Below, piece by piece: positions 27,035 through 40,594 of a stretch of DNA of 64,000 nucleotides. The position numbers and the translations under genes were made by a program. The DNA is taken from positions 1 to 64,000 of the forward strand of contig JAQGDQ010000380.1 in the NCBI GenBank assembly GCA_030141605.1, written 5' to 3'. The notes beneath the pieces were generated by a model. That model was not told the DNA's origin and did no database searches. It saw only the letters and a list, made by a program, of their open reading frames with translations. Origin of the DNA: Tubiluchus corallicola. Taxonomy: Eukaryota; Animalia; Priapulida. Position 1 is the first letter of the stretch. The number at the start of each line of letters is the position of its first letter.

Positions 27035-28700
27035 CAGACGAGTTCTTTCTACGTTGTTCACACTGTGTCTTCCAACAGTTGGTTATGTTTCGTGTCTACT
27101 GTCTGCTAGACGTCTTCTTTCTACGTTGTTCACACTGTGTCTTACTAATAGTTGGTCATGCCTCTTGTCTACTGTCTGCTAGACGTCTTCTTTCTACGTT
27201 GTTCACACTGTGTCTTACTAACAGTTGATTATGTCTTTTGTCTACTGTCTGCTAGACGTCTTCTTTCTACGTTGTTCACACTGTGTCTTACTAACAGTTG
27301 ATTATGTCTTTTGTCTGCTGTCTGCTAGACGTCTTCTTTCTACGTTGTTCACACTGTGTCTTACTAACAGTTGATTATGTCTTTTGTCTACTGTCTGCTA
27401 GACGTCTTCTTTCTACGTTGTTCACACTGTGTCTTACTAACATTTGGTTATGTCTCTTGTCTACTGTCTGCTAGACGTCTTCTTTCTACGTTGTTCACAC
27501 TGTGTCTTACTAACAGTTGATTATGTCTTTTGTCTACTGTCTGCTAGACGTCTTCTTTCTACGTTGTTCACACTGTGTCTTACTAACAGTTGATTATGTC
27601 TTTTGTCTACTGTCTGCTAGACGTCTTCTTTCTACGTTGTTCACACTGTGTCTTACTAACAGTTGATTATGTCTTTTGTCTACTGTCTGCTAGACGTCTT
27701 CTTTCTACGTTGTTCACACTGTGTCTTACTAACATTTGGTTATGTCTCTTGTCTACTGTCTGCTAGACGTCTTCTTTCTACGTTGTTCACACTGTGTCTT
27801 ACTAACAGTTGATTATGTCTTTTGTCTACTGTCTGCTAGACGTCTTCTTTCTACGTTGTTCACACTGTCTCTTACTAACAGTTGATTATGTCTTTTGTCT
27901 ACTGTCTGCTAGACGTCTTCTTTCTACGTTGTTCACACTGTGTCTTACTAACATTTGGTTATGTCTCTTGTCTACTGTCTGCTAGACGTCTTCTTTCTAC
28001 GTTGTTCACACTGTCTCTTACTAACAGTTGATTATGTCTTTTGTCTACTGTCTGCTAGACGTCTTCTTTTTACGTTGTTCACACTGTGTCTTACTAACAG
28101 TTGATTATGTCTTTTGTCTACTGTCTGCTAGACGTCTTCTTTCTACGTTGTTCACACTGTGTCTTACTAACATTTGGTTATGTCTCTTGTCTACTGTCTG
28201 CTAGACGTCTTCTTTCTACGTTGTTCACACTGTGTCTTACTAACAGTTGATTATGTCTTTTGTCTACTGTCTGCTAGACGTCTTCTTTCTACGTTGTTCA
28301 CACTGTGTCTTACTAACATTTGGTTATGTCTCTTGTCTACTGTCTGCTAGACGTCTTCTTTCTACGTTGTTCACACTGTCTCTTACTAACAGTTGATTAT
28401 GTCTTTTGTCTACTGTCTGCTAGACGTCTTCTTTCTACGTTGTTCACACTGTGTCTTACTAACATTTGGTTATGTCTCTTGTCTACTGTCTGCTAGACGT
28501 CTTCTTTCTACGTTGTTCACACTGTCTCTTACTAACAGTTGATTATGTCTTTTGTCTACTGTCTGCTAGACGTCTTCTTTCTACGTTGTTCACACTGTCT
28601 CTTACTAACAGTTGGTTATGTCTCTTGTCTACCTAGACGTCTTCTTTCTACGTTGTTCACACTGTGTCTTACTAACATTTGGTTATGTCCCTTGTCCAGA
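27035..28700. repeat. 73-bp minisatellite, about 23 copies, two interspersed variants
   Basis: Unit tgtctactgtctgctagacgtcttctttctacgttgttcacactgtgtcttactaacagttgattatgtcttt. Confidence 0.97.
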
Positions 28701-29942
28701 CATCTATTCTGCCCAAAGTATGTAATACGTAACATATAATATGTAATATGTGTTTGGACATCGGCTTTGTCTGCTTTTACACTCTGTCCACGTTGGACCT
28801 TTGTTAATCAGTTGAGTATGTATATGTTTTTACCCGTCCACATTGTGTCTCGCTAATATCTCTAGGGCCTGCTTTACTTTGTTATTTTTACATGTTCATA
28901 GAAGCTTGCCCGCGTCTTCCTATTCACAGGGAGTCACAGGCTACAATGTCCCCGTCATCTTTGATTAATAAAACAAATTTCTAGTATTTACTAAGATAGT
29001 GTTACTATCCAGCTTCAGTGCTGCTTATTGCTTAACTATTGCAGCCGCGTAGGCAAAAAACACGTTCTTAGGAATTCCATTTGGTCCAACATTGTTGAAA
29101 ATTTGTGAGAAGAAAAAGAATAAATGACCGCGCAGTCAATAAAAATTTTGCTATTCCAAGTATTGAACAACGATCGTGCAAGTATGTGAGCCATTTAAAA
29201 CGTTTCCTATAGAGGTGCTCTGATTCTAACAAATCTTCACCTGCGCTTGCAGCTTATGGCTGCATTTTATGCATTTAGCAGACCTTTGACTAGTTCAGCA
29301 GGCAAGGTTTATTTGAACTTCCGCTTTCCCTTGTATTGATCTGCAGTGCAGTAATTACTGCCTTTACATGGAATGACAGTCTCTCACACGTGTGTCAAAG
29401 CTTTACACAGATATGGCGACGGGCAAGGAAACCAATCTTCCTACCTGCTTTTTCTCTGCAGTCTTACTTGCCGGTCCGCTTTGTTGTCGCCATGGTTACA
29501 CGTCAGAAAGAAATCAGCGTTGCCATGGAAACATCAGTGATTACTCGGTAATGAAGCCATGCGTATTTTGTTTGCAGGGCATGCTTGAAGGATGTGAAGT
29601 CTAGACTGTTTGTGCTATACCGTGTCGCAGAGGTAATCAAGGCATTAATTACTGGCTAAAATTATTGCAGAAAATCGCACCTAACTAGTTAGCCAAGGTA
29701 ATTGTTCCTCTACCTGACTGCGTAATGCGTTTGGTTAGAGCAATCCATTCGCAGCATGATGATATAACAGGAAATAGTGTCAATTCTCTCTCATATCAGT
29801 TTATCAGCTTACGTAACTTCCTGGTAACAAACATCTTAGAAACAAATAACGATATACGTGTCGCCCAAGAGGCTTTATTAACGGTATAGCAAAAAAGTCA
29901 AGCATAAATCACAATTTTTATTTTTCCAGGCAGTTCAGCATA

Positions 29943-30650
29943 TGTCTACCTAGACGTCTTCTTTCTACTTTGTCCAGGCTACATCTTATAAATGTTTGGT
30001 TATGTCTCTTGTCTACTGTCTGCCTAGACGTCTTCTTTCTACTTTGTCCACACTATGTCTTACAAATGTTTGGTTATGTCTCTTGTCTACTGTCTGCCTA
30101 GACGTCTTCTTTCTACTTTGTCCACACTATGTCTTACAAATGTTTGGTTATGTCTCTTGTCTACTGTCTGCCTAGACGTCTTCTTTCTGCTTTGTTCAAA
30201 CTATGTCTATTAACATTTGGTTATGTCTCTTGTCTACTGTCTGCCTAGACGTCTTCTTTCTACTTTGTCCACACTATGTCTTACAAATGTTTGGTTATGT
30301 CTCTTGTCTACTGTCTGCCTAGACGTCTTCTTTCTGCTTTGTTCAAACTATGTCTATTAACATTTGGTTATGTCTCTTGTCTACTGTCTGCCTAGACGTC
30401 TTCTTTTTACTTTGTCCACACTATGTCTTACAAATGTTTGGTTATGTCTCTTGTCTACTGTCTGCTAGACGTTTTCTTTCCACTTTGTCCACACTGTGTC
30501 TTACAAATGTTTGGTTATGTCTCTTGTCTACTGTCTGCCTGGACGTCTTCTTTCTACTTTGTCCACACTACGTCTTACAAATGTTCGGTTATGTCTCTTG
30601 TCTACTGTCTGCCTAGACAACCTCTTTCTGCTTTGTCCATACTGTGTCTT
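29943..30650. repeat. 74-bp minisatellite related to the 73-bp array, about 9 copies
   Basis: Unit tgtctactgtctgcctagacgtcttctttctactttgtccacactatgtcttacaaatgtttggttatgtctct. Confidence 0.95.
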
Positions 30651-31179
30651 ATTACCAAATCTCACTAGTTCCTGTGTCTTATTACATTTGTCTCACTAGT
30701 TCCCCTGTCTAGCTGTCTTTTTTGAGAACCGCTCAAATACTCACACTATGTTTTCTAATACTGCTGAGTCAATGGTTTATGTCAACACGTTATGTATGGA
30801 ATAAACTACGGATAGAAATGATATTTATTCTGTTTTTTTCATTTTTTACCTTTATCGAAGTTTTATCGAACCAATCGAAGTTCATTGAATGTAGTTTTGC
30901 AGCCAAATTTTTTATAGGTGGGTGGTAATCGAGACTAGGTCGACCGATAAACATCTTTACATACTTTCTTCCCTTTTCTTCTCTACGTTGGTGACTTGAA
31001 TGATTAAGGACAGTGAAATCAAAGGTCATTTGAAAAACAGACTAAAAAGCTGAGCCTTTTGAACGTACACAGTTGAAAATAGTTTTTGGTGTGTTGATGC
31101 GCATGCGTGCGTATTATTATCCTTACCAAAAAAGTCTGGGGTGTTTGAGGAGACTCGGCAAAAATACCCAACTATATGA

Positions 31180-31447
31180 AATATTCAGTAACAGATTTTC
31201 AGTATTCAGTATTCAAGATACAATATTCAGTAACAGAATTTCAGTATTCAGTATTCAAGATACAATATTCAGTAACCGAATTTCAATATTCAGTATTCAA
31301 TATACAATATTCAGTAACCGAATTTCAATATTCAGTATTCAATATACAATATTCAGCAACAGAAATTCAATATTCAGTATTCAATATATTTTAATATTCA
31401 GTAACAGAATTTCAATATTCAGTATTCAACATACAATATTCAGTAAT
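31180..31447. repeat. 42-bp minisatellite, about 6 copies
   Basis: Unit atattcagtaacagaatttcaatattcagtattcaatataca. Confidence 0.92.
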
Positions 31448-32088
31448 AGCTTTAGGATTGTTCTGAATCTAATATTCGAAGAATAAGACTGTACGTGGCT
31501 GTTGTCACTAATTCACTGAAGATGGTTTTTCAACTTCATAGCAGCGATGTTTACAGAGAGTTTTATGACACCAGGAACATGAGCCTGAGGAAGCCAAGTT
31601 TATTTGGGGAGGATAGCTTATAGTCGTCTGACTTGTGGCAATGACTGAACTGGAGTTTTACAAACTAAGCGTGGAACGACTTGAGCAGCGGAACGCTCAC
31701 AGACGATGTGAAATTTGTCTAAAAATTTAGTATTGTTGTACGGCTTTAAAATTACAATAATTAATGAAAATTTTTAAAATTTATGACTTTTATAATTTAA
31801 AATATGTCGCAGAGTGCATGGTTATTATTCAGGTGTATAAATCATTTAAAGTTTTTGTTTTTTCACTGCCCATTTGCATTGCAGACAAACAGACACAGAC
31901 AGACAGACAGACAGACAGACTGGCTGATGCCCAGTTAAACGGATAGACTGATTAAGTAATCAAAAATAGCTGATTAATCAATTAATAACAAATGCTAGGA
32001 AATAGTATTCGGCGTAAGTTACTGGCACATTCTGAAACATCACATGCAACGTTGAAGATGGTGACAGCGACGTCATTGCAGTCATTGG

Positions 32089-32098
32089 TCATCATCAT

Positions 32099-32129
<31 letters not shown>

Positions 32130-32142
32130 AGCATCGTCGTCG

Positions 32143-32216
<74 letters not shown>

Positions 32217-32397
32217 CCATCACCATCACCATCACCATCACCATCACCATCACCATCATCATAATCATCACCATCACCATCACCATCATCATAATCATCA
32301 TCATCATCATGATCATCATCATCATCATCATCATCAACATCACCATCATCATCATGATCATGATCATCATCATCACCATCATATTCGTCTTCATCAT
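32089..32397. repeat. (CAT/CAC)n microsatellite
   Basis: Direct inspection. Confidence 0.95.
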
Positions 32398-32593
32398 AGT
32401 AATTTTGTAGCCAGTAGAGAGTTGTTTGTTTTTCGAAAGAAGAATGACAAGCAACAATTAACTTGTTTATCAAATACACGCATAACAAACAATAAGTAGC
32501 GAATAAGGAAAACAAACAACTAACAACCGGCAAACTTCACTTGCTTCGCTTACGTACAACCTTGGATTTTGTCAAAGCGTATAAAAACGTGTA

Positions 32594-32727
32594 TACATAG
32601 ACATAGACATAGACATAGACATAGACATAGACATAGACATAGACATAGACATAGACATAGACATAGACATAGACATAGACATAGACATAGACATAGACAT
32701 AGACATAGACATAGACATAGACATAGA
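32594..32727. repeat. (ACATAG)n hexanucleotide microsatellite
   Basis: About 22 perfect copies. Confidence 0.97.
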
Positions 32728-33464
32728 ACATTTATTTTCTCCAATTAGTTTAACATCAAAAGTTTTTTAAATATTAAGTAATTATAATCATGGAGCAGGG
32801 CAGGGAAGGACCATAGGGTCATCTAGTCTCCTGCCCTTTCTTATAAATAGATTAGTATATTAAAAATTAACGGTGATGCTGCAGATAACAAAAACATAAA
32901 ACAAATAAGAAAAAATAATAATAAAAACAGTATGAATGGTACAAATTCTCCAAAAAAAAACTGAAAACAAAAAATAATAAAGTTAGACACCTAAATCTAA
33001 ACAAAATAATGCAGTTATTCACTAATTAGGATTATTGTATGTAGTAGTTTCAAATGGGGTCTTATTAACAGGGGAATTAGAGACACAGAAAATACGGTCT
33101 TCCATTGTTATTTAAAATGAAAGAAAACATACTAGCCTGGCTGATTTTGTACATCATTTCCAACGTTACTCTCGTCGTCATAGCAACGTGGGTTCAGCAA
33201 AAAATATATAACAAGAATTGCCAAAGTGACGTTTAGATTCTTGCAAACTTTTACTGAGATTGGACAAAAATTTTAAAAGGAAATTAGAAATGAAACAGTG
33301 TATATTGACTTTTGAGGCACCCTGTATATAAATCCTGGCCCGGGTGGCCCGTGTGGAAACAGCATCCGACGGATTTACCAGGATCCTTCCCCCACCCCCC
33401 GTTTTCTCCCTCTAGTGGCAAACTCAAACAACTGTAATTTCAAATTTCATGTTAAATAAGTTAA

Positions 33465-33860
33465 AGCAAAACAGAGACCAATCTTAAACTGTAGGTAAAA
33501 AAATCTACTCTTTAAAATATTTAAAGGAAAGGTACTATTTTTTGCAAAAATGACTTACGCGAAAGAATTATTACCACACAAACACAATTTCACGTTCACG
33601 CCACTAGTTCTTCGTTGTTACATGCATTTCGCTATTCGCTAGTTAGACGGCCACCAGCAGCGCCTGCATTTCGGAAATGCATTGCACAAAAAACAGGTGA
33701 TGTACCTCTCAGTTCACATGTGTTAGTTTTGAGAAACTACACACGTACGGCAGCTCGTGCGTGAGCACAGTGGTAAATTTGAAATTGGAATTTTTATCTT
33801 AAAACTTGCGTAGTTTTAGTACAACACACTGAATATCTTACAGTAGCACTGCACTTCAAA
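33465..33860 (+). mobile_element. Family-D element, 3'-truncated
   Basis: Starts TTAA-agcaaaac and is colinear with about 37034-37425. Confidence 0.75.
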
Positions 33861-34309
33861 TAGTTAGCACTTTTCCTCTAATAACACTAGACAGTAAGTC
33901 AACTCGCAGCAACTGTCGGAGACTTTGCAATTTCTTACCGATAGTAACTCGCAAAGCAGTTTACACTTGCGAGTTTGCTGTCATATAGAAAACTCGCTGG
34001 TGTGAGCGCGGCTTAATAAACACCTTCGCATATAAACAAGAAAGTCTATTCCAAGAATATATTGGAACAAGAAATTGTCAATTATCAGCTGTAAACGAAG
34101 CAAAATTGCCCCATTAAATCCTTGAACGACCTTCATTTCTATCGCGTGAACAGCCGACGACAATAAAACATCCATTCAGCACATCTTCATCGCCATTTGT
34201 TATTATTTCATTTCAATAAGTGCATTTCTCTTCTTTGCAGCTTTCAAAGCGGAAGCCAAAGTGCGCAAAATAATAACGAACAAAAACAGACGAACCGCAC
34301 AACACCGGA

Positions 34310-35648
34310 ACAGGTGGCGCTGTTGGATTGTGTGCTACAAGGAGGAAACCTTGGGCCTGCTCTGTCATGCTGCCCCCTTACTATCATGGGTACAGGTGGC
34401 GCTGTTGTATTGTGAGCTACAAGGTGTAAATCTTAGACCTGTTCTGTCACGCTGGGCTCCCCCTACTATCATGGGTACAGGTGGCGCTGTTGGATTGTGT
34501 GCTACAAGGAGGAAACCTTAGGCCTGCTCTGTCATGCTGGGCTCCCCCTACTGTCATGGGTACAGGTGGCGCTGTTGTATTGTGTGCTACAAGGTGTAAA
34601 TCTTAGACCTGTTCTGTCATGCTGGACTCCCCCTATTGTCATGAGTACAGGTGGCGCTGTTTTATTGTGTGCTACAAGGTGTAAATCTTAGACCTGTTCT
34701 GTCATGCTGGACTCCCCCTATTGTCATGAGTACAGGTGGCGCTGTTGTATTGTGAGCTACAAGGTGTAAATCTTAGACCTTTTCTGTCATGCTAGGCTCC
34801 TCCTACTATCATGGGTACAGGTGGCGCTGTTGGATTGTGTGCTACAAGGAGGAAACCTTAGGCCTGCTCTGTCATGCTGGGCTCCCCCTACTGTCATGGG
34901 TACAGGTGGCGCTGTTGTATTGTGTGCTACAAGGTGTAAATCTTAGACCTGTTCTGTCATGCTGGGCTCCCCCTACTATCATGGGTACAGGTGGCGCTGT
35001 TGGATTGTGTGCTACAAGGAGGAAACCTTAGGCCTGCTCTGTCATGCTGGGCTCCCCCTACTGTCATGGGTACAGGTGGCGCTGTTGTATTGTGTGCTAC
35101 AAGGTGTAAATCTTAGACCTGTTCTGTCATGCTGGACTCCCCCTATTGTCATGAGTACAGGTGGCGCTGTTGTATTGTGTGCTACAAGGTGTAAATCTTA
35201 GACCTGTTCTGTCATGCTGGACTCCCCCTATTGTCATGAGTACAGGTGGCGCTGTTGTATTGTGAGCTACAAGGTGTAAATCTTAGACCTGTTCTGTCAT
35301 GCTGGGCTCCTCCTACTATCATGGGTACAGGTGGCGCTGTTGGATTGTGTGCTACAAGGAGGAAACCTTAGGCCTGCTCTGTCATGCTGGGCTCCCCCTA
35401 CTGTCATGGGTACAGGTGGCGCTGTTGTATTGTGTGCTACAAGGTGTAAATCTTAGACCTGTTCTGTCATGCTGGACTCCGCCTACTGCCATGGGTACAG
35501 GTGGCGCTGTTGTATTGTGTGCTACAAGGTGTAAATCTTAGACCTGCTCTGTCATGCTGGGCTCCCCCTACTGTCATGGGTACAGGTGGCGCTGTTGGAT
35601 TGTGTGCTACAAGGAGGAAACCTTAGGCCTGCTCTGTCATGCTGGGCT
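34310..35648. repeat. 85-bp minisatellite, 16 units, with higher-order structure
   Basis: Units begin caggtggcgctgtt at 85-bp spacing (34393, 34478, 34563 and onward); two variants, A (ggaggaaacc) and B (ggtgtaaatc). Confidence 0.96.
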
Positions 35649-35728
35649 GGTAGCTAGCTTTAGTGATAGAGCGCGGGGGTACTAATCCCAGGTCTCGTGT
35701 TCAAATCCCGACTAGTCTACAATTTTTC
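35644..35728 (+). pseudogene. tRNA-like pseudogene or short tRNA-derived SINE head
   Basis: A-box-like tagctttagtgatagagc, B-box-like gttcaaatccc and a downstream T-run. The anticodon arm is not canonical. Confidence 0.5.
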
Positions 35729-36135
35729 AGTTTGTCTCGTTTCTGTAACTCGTTACCCGCAATGGGTAATAACTGGTAAAATAAACCACAAACGGTTTAT
35801 AAAATATTCTGGCAGTCGCAGTCATAATTAATTAACAATACCGAATTATTGTGAAGTGTCTCAGTACTCAAATCTACCAGAATAGAGGGCGGGCCAGTCG
35901 GCTAGGTGGGTCAGCTGACACGGGCTTGTGATTACGAGCTGAACTACTTTTACTTTTCCTGGTAGGCATCATTTACCTTGAGTTTTTGGTTGTCATTCTA
36001 TTTCTTTTATTCTGTTCTATTACTTGCTTGAAGAACATTATACAGGCCTATGTATAGTACACCACTATATATATATATATATATATATATTTATTTATAT
36101 ATATATCAATAAGGAGTATGTTTGCATGTACAATG

Positions 36136-36555
36136 TGTTGTGTTTTGTTCCGCTCGGAAGGCTCGTAGAGAAAACCAGAAAACACTTCATCAAATTAAAC
36201 TAGTATGAATTCTACAACACAAAAGTATGAAGGAACGCGAAATGCTTACAGTAAACGTGAAAATCTGGAAAACGTTTGAGTGTATCTGAAAATACAAGTA
36301 TACAAGAGAATGTGTAAGTGACGTCCGTGTGAATCTGCGTGTGTCTCTCTCAGCGGCCTGCTTCGCCTTATATAGGGTGCCAGGGAACATTCTAAACGTT
36401 TCCTTCTAGAACATTCTACAATGTAAGACGATTATTCTAATGGAACATTCTAGTCGTTTCTTTCTAGAACATTCTACACGGTAAGACGATTATTCTAATG
36501 GAACATTCTACAATGTTCTATTTAATTCTAACAGATGCCAGCGATCTCCACAAGA
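36136..36555 (-). mobile_element. Solo LTR, family 1, with an extra internal duplication
   Basis: TGTTGTG...CACAAGA termini with a perfect 5-bp TSD CAATG. The ctagaacattctac block is duplicated. Confidence 0.88.
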
Positions 36556-37033
36556 CAATGCAGAGTAAATAGGCAAATAATAGTCTTCGTCAATGATCGA
36601 TGAGTGATCGCCTTCAATGCGAGCTTAGAGTGGGTTTTATTCGCCACCAAGGTTCTACTCGCATCAAAGACAAAGCAAAGGGGCAAAAGCACGTGGTTAG
36701 TCTGCCGATATTAAAAAACTAAAACGCAGGCAAGTATTTTGTGCTCTGAAATGTTTTCGTTTCCTGCATGAAACAAACAAACGAGCCAGGCCTTAGCTTA
36801 AATTATTTGATTTGTTCAAGTCATGACCCCCTACGAAGAGTTTCTACATGACTGGCAGTTTTAAAGTTTGGAAACTGCTATTTTTTATGGCCAGCATTTT
36901 GCCATTAATATATTTGTAGCATTGAAATTTAATTTAATTTTTGTAGTAAAGTTTAACTTTCCAGCAGGTATATAGGTATATACAAAAGTACACCACTTTT
37001 CGTTACGTTGTTTATTAATACGCTTCTGTTTAA

Positions 37034-37651
37034 AGCAAAACCGGACTCAACCTTAAACGGCTGGTCAAAACAATCCACTCTTTAAAATATTGAAAGGAAA
37101 CACACTATTTTTGAAGCACGACTTACGTGAAAGAATTATTACTAGACAAACACAATTTCACGTTCGCGCCACTAGTTCTTCGCTGTTACATGCATTTCGC
37201 CATTCGCTAGTTAGACGGAAACTAGAGGCTACATTTCGGAAACGCATTGCACAAAAAATAGGTGATGTACCTCTCAGTTCAGATATGTTAGTTTGTGACG
37301 AACTACACACGTTCGAGAGCTCATCTGTGAGCAAAGCGGTAAATTTGAAATTTGAATTTTTATATTAAAGCTTGCCTAATTTTAGTACAACACACTGAAT
37401 GTCTTACAGTAGCACTGCACTTCAACCTTGGCTTTCGCAAACACGTGTAACACGCTCGTGGAATATTTTTGCTGTTAAAAATTATGTTAGTTTGTGATGT
37501 CATCAATAGTTGGGCACGTCCGCCTTTAATTAAGTTTTTAATCTATTATTTAATTATTAGAAACGCTTTTGCAATATTAATTGTTTTATAATGTACACTT
37601 TTCATCGGATTTGAAAATGGGGTAGCATAAGAAAAATCATCCTGTCTTCCT
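37034..37651 (+). mobile_element. Full-length non-autonomous Kolobok-like element, family D
   Basis: Flanked by TTAA on both sides (37030-33 and 37652-55) with AG...CT termini. At least six copies or fragments occur in the window. Confidence 0.75.
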
Positions 37652-38003
37652 TTAACATCTACCTATCAAACATGCTGCACATGTCAGTCATTTATTATCT
37701 GTGACAGCCATATCTAACACATGACCTAAGCAAAAAATTCGTTTGAATCGAGACCGAGACCCGACTAACATGAAGAATGTGATTAGTTTTCGATCTCGAT
37801 CTGTTTTTTGGGATCATCATCATTTAGATTGAAAATGTAAAAGCTTCACTAAAAGATAAATCAATATTTCGGTTTTTCTCGATCTACGATTGTTACTAGA
37901 CATCTCCATAGTTACGCGTGGCTTGGAGATGTGACTTGCAAAAAGTAAATATAACGGCGGGTTCTGACTAACAAGTTTTTCCTCTGACAGCAAACTTGTA
38001 AAT

Positions 38004-38497
<494 letters not shown>

Positions 38498-38900
38498 AAA
38501 ATCTTTATTTGCCATTTTAAAAACATTGACCATCATAATAAAAGACAGACAATCAATGTTAGTTCATATAACAACATACACTGTTCTGGGCAAATGCGTC
38601 TGGTGCAACCTAAACTATAAGTGCAACTAGGAATTCAAAAATAAAATATAAACTAGTTTAGTAAGGTCTAGGAAAAATGAAATTATGATTTGAGCACGTA
38701 TCATCGTGTTCGTATGTCGGATATTCAAAACGAGTCCTTAAATGTTTTTTTATTTAGACTTGAATATTAATAAAGAGCTGCTGTGTTTTAATGAATTCCA
38801 AAGTTGTATTGCTTGCTTAGTAATGGAATTCTTTCCATATTGATTGTTCGTTCTATTGTTTCTTAAATTTAGTGTTCTGTTATTCATACTAAATGTGAAC
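38498..38900 (-). mobile_element. L2/CR1-group LINE 3' end
   Basis: Minus strand RTNNQYGKNSITKQAIQLWNSL. Its 3' end tggcaaataaagatt resembles those at 22585 and 55848. Confidence 0.65.
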
Positions 38901-39299
38901 TGTTCTACGAGTTAACGTCGGCATGGTATTGCAAACTCTCTGACACTTGCTGCGAGTTGATCTCCTAAGAGTTACTGTCTAGATTGAATGCCTTTGCGAG
39001 TTACTTTCAACGCTTCTGGCGGCGAATAGAGAAGTAAATCATCCTTACTGTCGGAGAGTAACTCACAGCAAATTTTGCTCTCTACTCTGAACACGATTGC
39101 GAGTTATTGTTGAGTTATTCGACGAGTTAACTTGGCTGGTCTGAACGCACCGTAAGACAAATGATTGCCATAGAAATCTTAACAGAGTTAAACTGAAGCA
39201 GCTTGGACCCTGCACTATAGTGATTAATTGAGCCTTCCTGCAGAAACTGATAAATTTGAATTTTGCAACGAGCAATGTTGAATTTCGAGCATCACTTAA

Positions 39300-39944
39300 A
39301 GGACAAGAAAAGGGGTACCCGAAATAGGTTTCAAAGAAATCGCCGTAAAAATTACAACAATTTTACGCATATATCGTGCTCGCATTGAAAGGATTTTTTG
39401 TTTGTTTTCACTTTAAATCTTCCGCAATACTGTTCCGACGGCGCTGTTGCATGACGTCATACACGCACAACGTAAGTCAAGGGAAAAAGTAAATGTTAAA
39501 TTACGTCTCGAAAAGTTATTCATGCAAATCTATATTACTCAACATTTCGCTTACCTGCATGAAAGACTTATGTAACTAGAAAAGAAAATTATTAATTATT
39601 TAAAATATTTTCGCAAAATGGTAAAATGTCGCTGACTCACCTCCAGGGTGCGCCAGTCACAAACCAAAAACTAATCTTATTGACAAGATACAGTAACTGA
39701 AGATTTTACTTGTCATTTCACATGTGATATACGATTATTTTTTCAAACTTCACTCAGTCTTATCTAAACTCTTTTCAAATGACTTATCGTCAAAATGGCT
39801 TCGTCTAACGGTCATCGCGGTAGTTTAAATTAGCAGGTTTTATACAGCGTTTCTACGGACACAAGCCCTGCATGCAAAAAGGCAGTATGTAAAGTTCAAG
39901 ACGAATTTTTTAAGCTTCATGTAACTGGACTGGTTTCTTGTGCT
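39300..39944 (+). mobile_element. Full-length non-autonomous Kolobok-like element, family E
   Basis: TTAA-aggacaagaaa ... tttcttgtgct-TTAA, i.e. an imperfect TIR with a TTAA TSD. Confidence 0.82.
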
Positions 39945-40105
39945 TTAATGCATGTCAGCATCCATAACAGTAATGGCATTTACAGAAGAAGAAATGTGTC
40001 TCTAGACAGTGAGCAGAGGAGTGAGTTAGTCACTAGGCTAGTTTAAACGCGCCATAACATTCACGCTCACTTTATTGTTGTTGTTTCTTCTTGCAAGTAT
40101 ATTCA

Positions 40106-40206
40106 TAGAGTTCACAGTGTTCATCGTAGAGTTCACAGTGTTCATCGTAGAGCTCACAGTGTTCATCGTAGAGTTCACAGTGTTCACACTCATAGAGTTC
40201 ACAGTG
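40106..40206. repeat. 21-bp tandem repeat, about 5 copies
   Basis: Unit agagttcacagtgttcatcgt. Confidence 0.9.
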
Positions 40207-40381
40207 TGCCTGTTTGTAGTAGCATTTTTTCGCACACGAGTGTGAGGTTTCTAACGTAAACCTCCACAGCCACTTGACCTATTATCTTCATGCCAAACAT
40301 TTTTGCTGCCCATGGTTTATTAAAAATACGCTCTGTGATTGACAAAGTGGTTTATTTAAATGCCTACTTAAGCAGAAACAG

Positions 40382-40382
<1 letters not shown>

Positions 40383-40437
<55 letters not shown>

Positions 40438-40505
40438 TATCCTTCCCCCCTCTCTCTCTCTCTGTTATTTTCTCTCTGTGTGTGTCTGTCTCTCTCTCTC
40501 TCTGT

Positions 40506-40593
<88 letters not shown>
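40383..40593. repeat. (CT)n microsatellite
   Basis: Direct inspection. Confidence 0.95.

Positions 40594-40594
<1 letters not shown>

Noticed and set aside
35644-35728. Suppressor tRNA (CTA in the loop)
   Set aside because: The anticodon arm and D arm do not form a canonical cloverleaf; more likely a SINE head or pseudogene.
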